Both the position numbers and the translations under genes were made by a program. This document shows positions 11,401-25,622 of a stretch of 64,000 nt of DNA, in pieces (position 1 is the stretch's first letter; each line of letters starts with the position of its first letter). A model generated the notes under the pieces. The model was given only the letters and a program-made list of their open reading frames with translations. It ran no database searches and was not told the DNA's origin. The DNA comes from Auanema rhodensis (Eukaryota > Animalia > Nematoda), in contig OZ059899.1 of NCBI GenBank assembly GCA_964057225.1, positions 1,984,001 through 2,048,000 on the forward strand, given 5' to 3'.

Positions 11401-14400
11401 ATCTTAAAACATCTACTTTTTGCTAAATTATTTTGAAATTTTTCGAAAAAATTTTTGTCAAAATGTTTTTGGAAGCAATGTTGAGTGTACATGGAAACTC
11501 AACATACACTAATGCATCATTTTTCAAACAATCATAACTAATTTGTGTATCAAGCGTTTCTCAATGTAGTATAGTGCATTCGATGCGGATTTTTAAGCTG
11601 CGTCGATTTGTGTTATCAGATTTGCGCTAGCTTAAAAATGCACCGAGATATCAACTGATATAAGTTCACACTTATATCCTCGATTTTCACCCTGAAGAAT
11701 TGATTTTTTCGTTGAATAACATTGTCCATCGTCTTTGCTTTGAAAAATGAAATCTAAAAACATCTACTTTTTGCTAAATTATTTTGAAATTTTTCGAAAA
11801 AATTTTTGTCAAAATGTTTTTGGAAGCAATGTTGAGTGTACATGGAAACTCAACATACACTAATGCATCATTTTTCAAACAATCATAACTAATTTGTGTA
11901 TCAAGCGTTTCTCAATGTAGTATAGTGCATTCGATGCGGATTTTTAAGCTGCGTCGATCTGTGTTATCAGATTTGCGCTAGCTTAAAAATGCACCGAGAT
12001 ATCAACTGATATAAGTTCACACTTATATCCTCGATTTTCACCCTGAAGAATTAATTTTTTCGTTGAATAACATTGTCCATCGTCTTTGCCTTGAAAAATG
12101 GAATCTTAAAACATCTACTTTTTGCTAAATTATTTTGAAATTTTTCGAAAAAATTTTTGTCAAAATGTTTTTGGAAGCAATGTTGAGTGTACATGGAAAC
12201 TCAACATACACTAATGCATCATTTTTCAAACAATCATAACTAATTTGTGTATCAAGCGTTTCTCAATGTAGTATAGTGCATTCGATGCGGATTTTTAAGC
12301 TGCGTCGATCTGTGTTATCAGATTTGCGCTAGCTTAAAAATGCACCGAGATATCAACTGATATAAGTTCACACTTATATCCTCGATTTTCACCCTGAAGA
12401 ATTAATTTTTTCGTTGAATAACATTGTCCATCGTCTTTGCCTTGAAAAATGGAATCTTAAAACATCTACTTTTTGCTAAATTATTTTGAAATTTTTCGAA
12501 AAAATTTTTGTCAAAATGTTTTTGGAAGCAATGTTGAGTGTACATGGAAACTCAACATACACTAATGCATCATTTTTCAAACAATCATAACTAATTTGTG
12601 TATCAAGCGTTTCTCAATGTAGTATAGTGCATTCGATGCGGATTTTTAAGCTGCGTCGATCTGTGTTATCAGATTTGCGCTAGCTTAAAAATGCACCGAG
12701 ATATCAACTGATATAAGTTCACACTTATATCCTCGATTTTCACCCTGAAGAATTGATTTTTTCGTTGAATAACATTGTCCATCGTCTTTGCTTTGAAAAA
12801 TGAAATCTAAAAACATCTACTTTTTGCTAAATTATTTTGAAATTTTTCGAAAAAATTTTTGTCAAAATGTTTTTAGAAGCAATGTTGAGTGTACATGGAA
12901 ACTCAACATACACTAATGCATCATTTTTCAAACGATCATAACTAATTTTTGTATCAAGCGTTTCTCAACGTAGTATAGTGCATTCGATGCGGATTTTTAA
13001 GCTGCGTCGATCTGTGTTATCAGATTTGCGCTAGCTTAAAAATGCACCGAGATATCAACTGATATAAGTTCACACTTATATCCTCGATTTTCACCCTGAA
13101 GAATTAATTTTTTCGTTGAATAACATTGTCCATCGTCTTTGCCTTGAAAAATGGAATCTTAAAACATCTACTTTTTGCTAAATTATTTTGAAATTTTTCG
13201 AAAAAATTTTTGTCAAAATGTTTTTGGAAGCAATGTTGAGTGTACATGGAAACTCAACATACACTAATGCATCATTTTTCAAACAATCATAACTAATTTG
13301 TGTATCAAGCGTTTCTCAATGTAGTATAGTGCATTCGATGCGGATTTTTAAGCTGCGTCGATCTGTGTTATCAGATTTGCGCTAGCTTAAAAATGCACCG
13401 AGATATCAACTGATATAAGTTCACACTTATATCCTCGATTTTCACCCTGAAGAATTGATTTTTTCGTTGAATAACATTGTCCATCGTCTTTGCTTTGAAA
13501 AATGAAATCTAAAAACATCTACTTTTTGCTAAATTATTTTGAAATTTTTCGAAAAAATTTTTGTCAAAATGTTTTTGGAAGCAATGTTGAGTGTACATGG
13601 AAACTCAACATACACTAATGCATCATTTTTCAAACGATCATAACTAATTTTTGTATCAAGCGTTTCTCAACGTAGTATAGTGCATTCGATGCGGATTTTT
13701 AAGCTGCGTCGATCTGTGTTATCAGATTTGCGCTAGCTTAAAAATGCACCGAGATATCAACTGATATAAGTTCACACTTATATCCTCGATTTTCACCCTG
13801 AAGAATTGATTTTTTCGTTGAATAACATTGTCTATCGTCTTTGCCTTGAAAAATGGAATCTAAAAACATCTACTTTTTGCTAAATTATTTTGAAATTTTT
13901 CGAAAAAATTTTTGTCAAAATGTTTTTGGAAGCAATGTTGAGTGTACATGGAAACTCAACATACACTAATGCATCATTTTTCAAACAATCATAACTAATT
14001 TGTGTATTAAGCGTTTCTCAATGTAGTATAGTGCATTCGATGCGGATTTTTAAGCTGCGTCGATCTGTGTTATCAGATTTGCGCTAGCTTAAAAATGCAC
14101 CGAGATATCAACTGATATAAGTTCACACTTATATCCTCGATTTTCACCCTGAAGAATTGATTTTTTCGTTGAATAACATTGTCTATCGTCTTTGCCTTGA
14201 AAAATAGAATCTAAAAACATCTACTTTTTGCTAAATTATTTTGAAATTTTTCGAAAAAATTTTTGTCAAAATGTTTTTGGAAGCAATGTTGAGTGTACAT
14301 GGAAACTCAACATACACTAATGCATCATTTTTCAAACAATCATAACTAATTTGTGTATCAAGCGTTTCTCAATGTAGTATAGTGCATTCGATGCGGATTT

Positions 14401-17400
14401 TTAAGCTGCGTCGATCTGTGTTATCAGATTTGCGCTAGCTTAAAAATGCACCGAGATATCAACTGATATAAGTTCACACTTATATCCTCGATTTTCACCC
14501 TGAAGAATTAATTTTTTCGTTGAATAACATTGTCCATCGTCTTTGCCTTGAAAAATGGAATCTTAAAACATCTACTTTTTGCTAAATTATTTTGAAATTT
14601 TTCGAAAAAATTTTTGTCAAAATGTTTTTGGAAGCAATGTTGAGTGTACATGGAAACTCAACATACACTAATGCATCATTTTTCAAACAATCATAACTAA
14701 TTTGTGTATCAAGCGTTTCTGAATGTAGTATAGTGCATTCGATGCGGATTTTTAAGCTGCGTCGATTTGTGTTATCAGATTTGCGCTAGCTTAAAAATGC
14801 ACCGAGATATCAACTGATATAAGTTCACACTTATATCCTCGATTTTCACCCTGAAGAATTGATTTTTTCGTTGAATAACATTGTCCATCGTCTTTGCTTT
14901 GAAAAATGAAATCTAAAAACATCTACTTTTTGCTAAATTATTTTGAAATTTTTCGAAAAAATTTTTGTCAAAATGTTTTTGGAAGCAATGTTGAGTGTAC
15001 ATGGAAACTCAACATACACTAATGCATCATTTTTCAAACAATCATAACTAATTTGTGTATCAAGCGTTTCTCAATGTAGTATAGTGCATTCGATGCGGAT
15101 TTTTAAGCTGCGTCGATCTGTGTTATCAGATTTGCGCTAGCTTAAAAATGCACCGAGATATCAACTGATATAAGTTCACACTTATATCCTCGATTTTCAC
15201 CCTGAAGAATTAATTTTTTCGTTGAATAACATTGTCCATCGTCTTTGCCTTGAAAAATGGAATCTTAAAACATCTACTTTTTGCTAAATTATTTTGAAAT
15301 TTTTCGAAAAAATTTTTGTCAAAATGTTTTTGGAAGCAATGTTGAGTGTACATGGAAACTCAACATACACTAATGCATCATTTTTCAAACAATCATAACT
15401 AATTTGTGTATCAAGCGTTTCTCAATGTAGTATAGTGCATTCGATGCGGATTTTTAAGCTGCGTCGATCTGTGTTATCAGATTTGCGCTAGCTTAAAAAT
15501 GCACCGAGATATCAACTGATATAAGTTCACACTTATATCCTCGATTTTCACCCTGAAGAATTAATTTTTTCGTTGAATAACATTGTCCATCGTCTTTGCC
15601 TTGAAAAATGGAATCTTAAAACATCTACTTTTTGCTAAATTATTTTGAAATTTTTCGAAAAAATTTTTGTCAAAATGTTTTTGGAAGCAATGTTGAGTGT
15701 ACATGGAAACTCAACATACACTAATGCATCATTTTTCAAACAATCATAACTAATTTGTGTATCAAGCGTTTCTCAATGTAGTATAGTGCATTCGATGCGG
15801 ATTTTTAAGCTGCGTCGATCTGTGTTATCAGATTTGCGCTAGCTTAAAAATGCACCGAGATATCAACTGATATAAGTTCACACTTATATCCTCGATTTTC
15901 ACCCTGAAGAATTAATTTTTTCGTTGAATAACATTGTCCATCGTCTTTGCCTTGAAAAATGGAATCTTAAAACATCTACTTTTTGCTAAATTATTTTGAA
16001 ATTTTTCGAAAAAATTTTTGTCAAAATGTTTTTGGAAGCAATGTTGAGTGTACATGGAAACTCAACATACACTAATGCATCATTTTTCAAACAATCATAA
16101 CTAATTTGTGTATCAAGCGTTTCTCAATGTAGTATAGTGCATTCGATGCGGATTTTTAAGCTGCGTCGATCTGTGTTATCAGATTTGCGCTAGCTTAAAA
16201 ATGCACCGAGATATCAACTGATATAAGTTCACACTTATATCCTCGATTTTCACCCTGAAGAATTGATTTTTTCGTTGAATAACATTGTCCATCGTCTTTG
16301 CTTTGAAAAATGAAATCTAAAAACATCTACTTTTTGCTAAATTATTTTGAAATTTTTCGAAAAAATTTTTGTCAAAATGTTTTTGGAAGCAATGTTGAGT
16401 GTACATGGAAACTCAACATACACTAATGCATCATTTTTCAAACGATCATAACTAATTTTTGTATCAAGCGTTTCTCAACGTAGTATAGTGCATTCGATGC
16501 GGATTTTTAAGCTGCGTCGATCTGTGTTATCAGATTTGCGCTAGCTTAAAAATGCACCGAGATATCAACTGATATAAGTTCACACTTATATCCTCGATTT
16601 TCACCCTGAAGAATTGATTTTTTCGTTGAATAACATTGTCTATCGTCTTTGCCTTGAAAAATGGAATCTAAAAACATCTACTTTTTGCTAAATTATTTTG
16701 AAATTTTTCGAAAAAATTTTTGTCAAAATGTTTTTGGAAGCAATGTTGAGTGTACATGGAAACTCAACATACACTAATGCATCATTTTTCAAACAATCAT
16801 AACTAATTTGTGTATTAAGCGTTTCTCAATGTAGTATAGTGCATTCGATGCGGATTTTTAAGCTGCGTCGATCTGTGTTATCAGATTTGCGCTAGCTTAA
16901 AAATGCACCGAGATATCAACTGATATAAGTTCACACTTATATCCTCGATTTTCACCCTGAAGAATTGATTTTTTCGTTGAATAACATTGTCTATCGTCTT
17001 TGCCTTGAAAAATAGAATCTAAAAACATCTACTTTTTGCTAAATTATTTTGAAATTTTTCGAAAAAATTTTTGTCAAAATGTTTTTGGAAGCAATGTTGA
17101 GTGTACATGGAAACTCAACATACACTAATGCATCATTTTTCAAACAATCATAACTAATTTGTGTATCAAGCGTTTCTCAATGTAGTATAGTGCATTCGAT
17201 GCGGATTTTTAAGCTGCGTCGATCTGTGTTATCAGATTTGCGCTAGCTTAAAAATGCACCGAGATATCAACTGATATAAGTTCACACTTATATCCTCGAT
17301 TTTCACCCTGAAGAATTAATTTTTTCGTTGAATAACATTGTCCATCGTCTTTGCCTTGAAAAATGGAATCTTAAAACATCTACTTTTTGCTAAATTATTT

Positions 17401-18369
17401 TGAAATTTTTCGAAAAAATTTTTGTCAAAATGTTTTTGGAAGCAATGTTGAGTGTACATGGAAACTCAACATACACTAATGCATCATTTTTCAAACAATC
17501 ATAACTAATTTGTGTATCAAGCGTTTCTCAATGTAGTATAGTGCATTCGATGCGGATTTTTAAGCTGCGTCGATCTGTGTTATCAGATTTGCGCTAGCTT
17601 AAAAATGCACCGAGATATCAACTGATATAAGTTCACACTTATATCCTCGATTTTCACCCTGAAGAATTGATTTTTTCGTTGAATAACATTGTCCATCGTC
17701 TTTGCCTTGAAAAATGAAATCTAAAAACATCTACTTTTTGCTAAATTATTTTGAAATTTTTCGAAAAAATTTTTGTCAAAATGTTTTTGGAAGCAATGTT
17801 AAGTGTACATGGAAACTCAACATACACTAATGCATCATTTTTCAAACGATCATAACTAATTTTTGTATTGAGCGTTTCTCAATGTAGTATAGTGCATTCG
17901 ATGCGGATTTTTAAGCTGCGTCGATCTGTGTTATCAGATTTGCGCTAGCTTACAAATGCACCGAGATATCAACTGATATAAGTTCACACTTATATCCTCG
18001 ATTTTCACCCTGAAGAATTAATTTTTTCGTTGAATAACATTGTCCATCGTCTTTGCCTTGAAAAATGAAATCTAAAAACATTTACTTTTTGCTAAATTAT
18101 TTTGAAATTTTTCGAAAAAATTTTTGTCAAAATGTTTTTGGAAGCAATGTTGAGTGTACATGGAAACTCAACATACACTAATGCATCATTTTTCAAACAA
18201 TCATAACTAATTTGTGTATCAAGCGTGTCTCAATGTAGTATAGTGCATTCGATGCGGATTTTTAAGCTGCGTCGATCTGTGTTATCAGATTTGCGCTAGC
18301 TTAAAAATGCACCGAGATATCAACTGATATAAGTTCACACTTATATCCTCGATTTTCACCCTGAAGAAT
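2458..18369 (+). repeat. Copy 1 of large intra-array segmental duplication (M8-M53)
   Basis: The order of rare monomer variants matches 45632-64000. Examples: GCCTCG..GAATGT at M8/M131, 350-bp monomer at M11/M134, AATATTTG at M24/M147, GATCTTTG at M30/M150, GATTTG at M34/M154, TTACAA+GTGTCT at M52/M182. Confidence 0.88.
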
Positions 18370-21059
18370 TGATTTTTTCGTTGAATAACATTGTCCATCG
18401 TCTTTGCCTTGAAAAATGAAATCTAAAAACATCTACTTTTTGCTAAATTATTTTGAAATTTTTCGAAAAAATTTTTGTCAAAATGTTTTTGGAAGCAATG
18501 TTAAGTGTACATGGAAACTCAACATACACTAATGCATCATTTTTCAAACGATCATAACTAATTTTTGTATTGAGCGTTTCTCAATGTAGTATAGTGCATT
18601 CGATGCGGATTTTTAAGCTGCGTCGATCTGTGTTATCAGATTTGCGCTAGCTTACAAATGCACCGAGATATCAACTGATATAAGTTCACACTTATATCCT
18701 CGATTTTCACCCTGAAGAATTAATTTTTTCGTTGAATAACATTGTCCATCGTCTTTGCCTTGAAAAATGAAATCTAAAAACATTTACTTTTTGCTAAATT
18801 ATTTTGAAATTTTTCGAAAAAATTTTTGTCAAAATGTTTTTGGAAGCAATGTTGAGTGTACATGGAAACTCAACATACACTAATGCATCATTTTTCAAAC
18901 AATCATAACTAATTTGTGTATTAAGCGTTTCTCAATGTAGTATAGTGCATTCGATGCGGATTTTTAAGCTGCGTCGATCTGTGTGATCAGATTTGCGCTA
19001 GCTTAAAAATGCACCGAGATATCAACTGATATAAGTTCACACTTATATCCTCGATTTTCACCCTGAAGAATTGATTTTTTCGTTGAATAACATTGTCTAT
19101 CGTCTTTGCCTTGAAAAATGAAATCTAAAAACATCTACTTTTTGCTAAATTATTTTGAAATTTTTCGAAAAAATTTTTGTCAAAATGTTTTTGGAAGCAA
19201 TGTTGAGTGTACATGGAAACTCAACATACACTAATGCATCATTTTTCAAACAATCATAACTAATTTGTGTATTAAGCGTTTCTCAATGTAGTATAGTGCA
19301 TTCGATGCGGATTTTTAAGCTGCGTCGATCTGTGTTATCAGATTTGCGCTAGCTTAAAAATGCACCGAGATATCAACTGATATAAGTTCACACTTATATC
19401 CTCGATTTTCACCCTGAAGAATTGATTTTTTCGTTGAATAACATTGTCTATCGTCTTTGCCTTGAAAAATGGAATCTAAAAACATCTACTTTTTGCTAAA
19501 TTATTTTGAAATTTTTCGAAAAAATTTTTGTCAAAATGTTTTTGGACGCAATGTTGAGTGTACATGGAAACTCAACATACACTAATGCATCATTTTTCAA
19601 ACAATCATAACTAATTTGTGTATCAAGCGTTTCTCAATGTAGTATAGTGCATTCGATGCGGATTTTTAAGCTGCGTCGATCTGTGTTATCAGATTTGCGC
19701 TAGCTTAAAAATGCACCGAGATATCAACTGATATAAGTTCACACTTATATCCTCGATTTTCACCCTGAAGAATTGATTTTTTCGTTGAATAACATTGTCC
19801 ATCGTCTTTGCTTTGAAAAATGAAATCTAAAAACATCTACTTTTTGCTAAATTATTTTGAAATTTTTCGAAAAAATTTTTGTCAAAATGTTTTTGGAAGC
19901 AATGTTGAGTGTACATGGAAACTCAACATACACTAATGCATCATTTTTCAAACGATCATAACTAATTTTTGTATTGAGCGTTTCTCAATGTAGTATAGTG
20001 CATTCGATGCGGATTTTTAAGCTGCGTCGATCTGTGTTATCAGATTTGCGCTAGCTTAAAAATGCACCGAGATATCAACTGATATAAGTTCACACTTATA
20101 TCCTCGATTTTCACCCTGAAGAATTAATTTTTTCGTTGAATAACATTGTCCATCGTCTTTGCCTTGAAAAATGAAATCTAAAAACATTTACTTTTTGCTA
20201 AATTATTTTGAAATTTTTCGAAAAAATTTTTGTCAAAATGTTTTTGGAAGCAATGTTGAGTGTACATGGAAACTCAACATACACTAATGCATCATTTTTC
20301 AAACAATCATAACTAATTTGTGTATCAAGCGTTTCTCAATGTAGTATAGTGCATTCGATGCGGATTTTTAAGCTGCGTCGATCTGTGTTATCAGATTTGC
20401 GCTAGCTTAAAAATGCACCGAGATATCAACTGATATAAGTTCACACTTATATCCTCGATTTTCACCCTGAAGAATTAATTTTTTCGTTGAATAACATTGT
20501 CCATCGTCTTTGCCTTGAAAAATGAAATCTAAAAACATTTACTTTTTGCTAAATTATTTTGAAATTTTTCGAAAAAATTTTTGTCAAAATGTTTTTGGAA
20601 GCAATGTTGAGTGTACATGGAAACTCAACATACACTAATGCATCATTTTTCAAACAATCATAACTAATTTGTGTATCAAGCGTTTCTCAATGTAGTATAG
20701 TGCATTCGATGCGGATTTTTAAGCTGCGTCGATCTGTGTTATCAGATTTGCGCTAGCTTAAAAATGCACCGAGATATCAACTGATATAAGTTCACACTTA
20801 TATCCTCGATTTTCACCCTGAAGAATTGATTTTTTCGTTGAATAACATTGTCCATCGTCTTTGCTTTGAAAAATGAAATCTAAAAACATCTACTTTTTGC
20901 TAAATTATTTTGAAATTTTTCGAAAAAATTTTTGTCAAAATGTTTTTGGAAGCAATGTTAAGTGTACATGGAAACTCAACATACACTAATGCATCATTTT
21001 TCAAACGATCATAACTAATTTTTGTATTGAGCGTTTCTCAATGTAGTATAGTGCATTCG

Positions 21060-24000
21060 ATGCGGATTTTTAAGCTGCGTCGATCTGTGTTATCAGATTT
21101 GCGCTAGCTTACAAATGCACCGAGATATCAACTGATATAAGTTCACACTTATATCCTCGATTTTCACCCTGAAGAATTAATTTTTTCGTTGAATAACATT
21201 GTCCATCGTCTTTGCCTTGAAAAATGAAATCTAAAAACATTTACTTTTTGCTAAATTATTTTGAAATTTTTCGAAAAAATTTTTGTCAAAATGTTTTTGG
21301 AAGCAATGTTGAGTGTACATGGAAACTCAACATACACTAATGCATCATTTTTCAAACAATCATAACTAATTTGTGTATTAAGCGTTTCTCAATGTAGTAT
21401 AGTGCATTCGATGCGGATTTTTAAGCTGCGTCGATCTGTGTTATCAGATTTGCGCTAGCTTAAAAATGCACCGAGATATCAACTGATATAAGTTCACACT
21501 TATATCCTCGATTTTCACCCTGAAGAATTAATTTTTTCGTTGAATAACATTGTCCATCGTCTTTGCCTTGAAAAATGGAATCTTAAAACATCTACTTTTT
21601 GCTAAATTATTTTGAAATTTTTCGAAAAAATTTTTGTCAAAATGTTTTTGGAAGCAATGTTGAGTGTACATGGAAACTCAACATACACTAATGCATCATT
21701 TTTCAAACAATCATAACTAATTTGTGTATCAAGCGTTTCTCAATGTAGTATAGTGCATTCGATGCGGATTTTTAAGCTGCGTCGATCTGTGTTATCAGAT
21801 TTGCGCTAGCTTAAAAATGCACCGAGATATCAACTGATATAAGTTCACACTTATATCCTCGATTTTCACCCTGAAGAATTGATTTTTTCGTTGAATAACA
21901 TTGTCCATCGTCTTTGCTTTGAAAAATGAAATCTAAAAACATCTACTTTTTGCTAAATTATTTTGAAATTTTTCGAAAAAATTTTTGTCAAAATGTTTTT
22001 GGAAGCAATGTTGAGTGTACATGGAAACTCAACATACACTAATGCATCATTTTTCAAACAATCATAACTAATTTGTGTATCAAGCGTTTCTCAATGTAGT
22101 ATAGTGCATTCGATGCGGATTTTTAAGCTGCGTCGATCTGTGTTATCAGATTTGCGCTAGCTTAAAAATGCACCGAGATATCAACTGATATAAGTTCACA
22201 CTTATATCCTCGATTTTCACCCTGAAGAATTAATTTTTTCGTTGAATAACATTGTCCATCGTCTTTGCCTTGAAAAATGGAATCTTAAAACATCTACTTT
22301 TTGCTAAATTATTTTGAAATTTTTCGAAAAAATTTTTGTCAAAATGTTTTTGGAAGCAATGTTGAGTGTACATGGAAACTCAACATACACTAATGCATCA
22401 TTTTTCAAACAATCATAACTAATTTGTGTATCAAGCGTTTCTCAATGTAGTATAGTGCATTCGATGCGGATTTTTAAGCTGCGTCGATCTGTGTTATCAG
22501 ATTTGCGCTAGCTTAAAAATGCACCGAGATATCAACTGATATAAGTTCACACTTATATCCTCGATTTTCACCCTGAAGAATTGATTTTTTCGTTGAATAA
22601 CATTGTCCATTGTCTTTGCTTTGAAAAATGAAATCTAAAAACATCTACTTTTTGCTAAATTATTTTGAAATTTTTCGAAAAAATTTTTGTCAAAATGTTT
22701 TTGGAAGCAATGTTGAGTGTACATGGAAACTCAACATACACTAATGCATCATTTTTCAAACGATCATAACTAATTTTTGTATCAAGCGTTTCTCAACGTA
22801 GTATAGTGCATTCGATGCGGATTTTTAAGCTGCGTCGATCTGTGTTATCAGATTTGCGCTAGCTTAAAAATGCACCGAGATATCAACTGATATAAGTTCA
22901 CACTTATATCCTCGATTTTCACCCTGAAGAATTAATTTTTTCGTTGAATAACATTGTCCATCGTCTTTGCCTTGAAAAATGGAATCTTAAAACATCTACT
23001 TTTTGCTAAATTATTTTGAAATTTTTCGAAAAAATTTTTGTCAAAATGTTTTTGGAAGCAATGTTGAGTGTACATGGAAACTCAACATACACTAATGCAT
23101 CATTTTTCAAACAATCATAACTAATTTGTGTATCAAGCGTTTCTCAATGTAGTATAGTGCATTCGATGCGGATTTTTAAGCTGCGTCGATCTGTGTTATC
23201 AGATTTGCGCTAGCTTACAAATGCACCGAGATATCAACTGATATAAGTTCACACTTATATCCTCGATTTTCACCCTGAAGAATTAATTTTTTCGTTGAAT
23301 AACATTGTCCATCGTCTTTGCCTTGAAAAATGAAATCTAAAAACATTTACTTTTTGCTAAATTATTTTGAAATTTTTCGAAAAAATTTTTGTCAAAATGT
23401 TTTTGGAAGCAATGTTGAGTGTACATGGAAACTCAACATACACTAATGCATCATTTTTCAAACAATCATAACTAATTTGTGTATTAAGCGTTTCTCAATG
23501 TAGTATAGTGCATTCGATGCGGATTTTTAAGCTGCGTCGATCTGTGTTATCAGATTTGCGCTAGCTTAAAAATGCACCGAGATATCAACTGATATAAGTT
23601 CACACTTATATCCTCGATTTTCACCCTGAAGAATTAATTTTTTCGTTGAATAACATTGTCCATCGTCTTTGCCTTGAAAAATGGAATCTTAAAACATCTA
23701 CTTTTTGCTAAATTATTTTGAAATTTTTCGAAAAAATTTTTGTCAAAATGTTTTTGGAAGCAATGTTGAGTGTACATGGAAACTCAACATACACTAATGC
23801 ATCATTTTTCAAACAATCATAACTAATTTGTGTATCAAGCGTTTCTCAATGTAGTATAGTGCATTCGATGCGGATTTTTAAGCTGCGTCGATCTGTGTTA
23901 TCAGATTTGCGCTAGCTTAAAAATGCACCGAGATATCAACTGATATAAGTTCACACTTATATCCTCGATTTTCACCCTGAAGAATTGATTTTTTCGTTGA

Positions 24001-25622
24001 ATAACATTGTCCATCGTCTTTGCTTTGAAAAATGAAATCTAAAAACATCTACTTTTTGCTAAATTATTTTGAAATTTTTCGAAAAAATTTTTGTCAAAAT
24101 GTTTTTGGAAGCAATGTTGAGTGTACATGGAAACTCAACATACACTAATGCATCATTTTTCAAACAATCATAACTAATTTGTGTATCAAGCGTTTCTCAA
24201 TGTAGTATAGTGCATTCGATGCGGATTTTTAAGCTGCGTCGATCTGTGTTATCAGATTTGCGCTAGCTTAAAAATGCACCGAGATATCAACTGATATAAG
24301 TTCACACTTATATCCTCGATTTTCACCCTGAAGAATTAATTTTTTCGTTGAATAACATTGTCCATCGTCTTTGCCTTGAAAAATGGAATCTTAAAACATC
24401 TACTTTTTGCTAAATTATTTTGAAATTTTTCGAAAAAATTTTTGTCAAAATGTTTTTGGAAGCAATGTTGAGTGTACATGGAAACTCAACATACACTAAT
24501 GCATCATTTTTCAAACAATCATAACTAATTTGTGTATCAAGCGTTTCTCAATGTAGTATAGTGCATTCGATGCGGATTTTTAAGCTGCGTCGATCTGTGT
24601 TATCAGATTTGCGCCAGCTTAAAAATGCACCGAGATATCAACTGATATAAGTTCACACTTATATCCTCGATTTTCACCCTGAAGAATTAATTTTTTCGTT
24701 GAATAACATTGTTCATCGTCTTTGCCTTGAAAAATGGAATCTTAAAACATCTACTTTTTGCTAAATTATTTTGAAATTTTTCGAAAAAATTTTTGTCAAA
24801 ATGTTTTTGGAAGCAATGTTGAGTGTACATGGAAACTCAACATACACTAATGCATCATTTTTCAAACAATCATAACTAATTTGTGTATCAAGCGTTTCTC
24901 AATGTAGTATAGTGCATTCGATGCGGATTTTTAAGCTGCGTCGATCTGTGTTATCAGATTTGCGCTAGCTTAAAAATGCACCGAGATATCAACTGATATA
25001 AGTTCACACTTATATCCTCGATTTTCACCCTGAAGAATTGATTTTTTCGTTGAATAACATTGTCCATTGTCTTTGCTTTGAAAAATGAAATCTAAAAACA
25101 TCTACTTTTTGCTAAATTATTTTGAAATTTTTCGAAAAAATTTTTGTCAAAATGTTTTTGGAAGCAATGTTGAGTGTACATGGAAACTCAACATACACTA
25201 ATGCATCATTTTTCAAACGATCATAACTAATTTTTGTATCAAGCGTTTCTCAACGTAGTATAGTGCATTCGATGCGGATTTTTAAGCTGCGTCGATCTGT
25301 GTTATCAGATTTGCGCTAGCTTAAAAATGCACCGAGATATCAACTGATATAAGTTCACACTTATATCCTCGATTTTCACCCTGAAGAATTAATTTTTTCG
25401 TTGAATAACATTGTCCATCGTCTTTGCCTTGAAAAATGGAATCTTAAAACATCTACTTTTTGCTAAATTATTTTGAAATTTTTCGAAAAAATTTTTGTCA
25501 AAATGTTTTTGGAAGCAATGTTGAGTGTACATGGAAACTCAACATACACTAATGCATCATTTTTCAAACAATCATAACTAATTTGTGTATCAAGCGTTTC
25601 TCAATGTAGTATAGTGCATTCG
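21060..25622 (+). repeat. Local 6-mer higher-order repeat: M61-M66 duplicated as M67-M73 with one extra monomer
   Basis: The order TTACAA / ATCTTA / GCTTT / ATCTTA / CCATTG-GCTTT / ATCTTA repeats at a 2106-bp offset. M71 is the additional ATCTTA-type monomer and carries private changes. Confidence 0.8.
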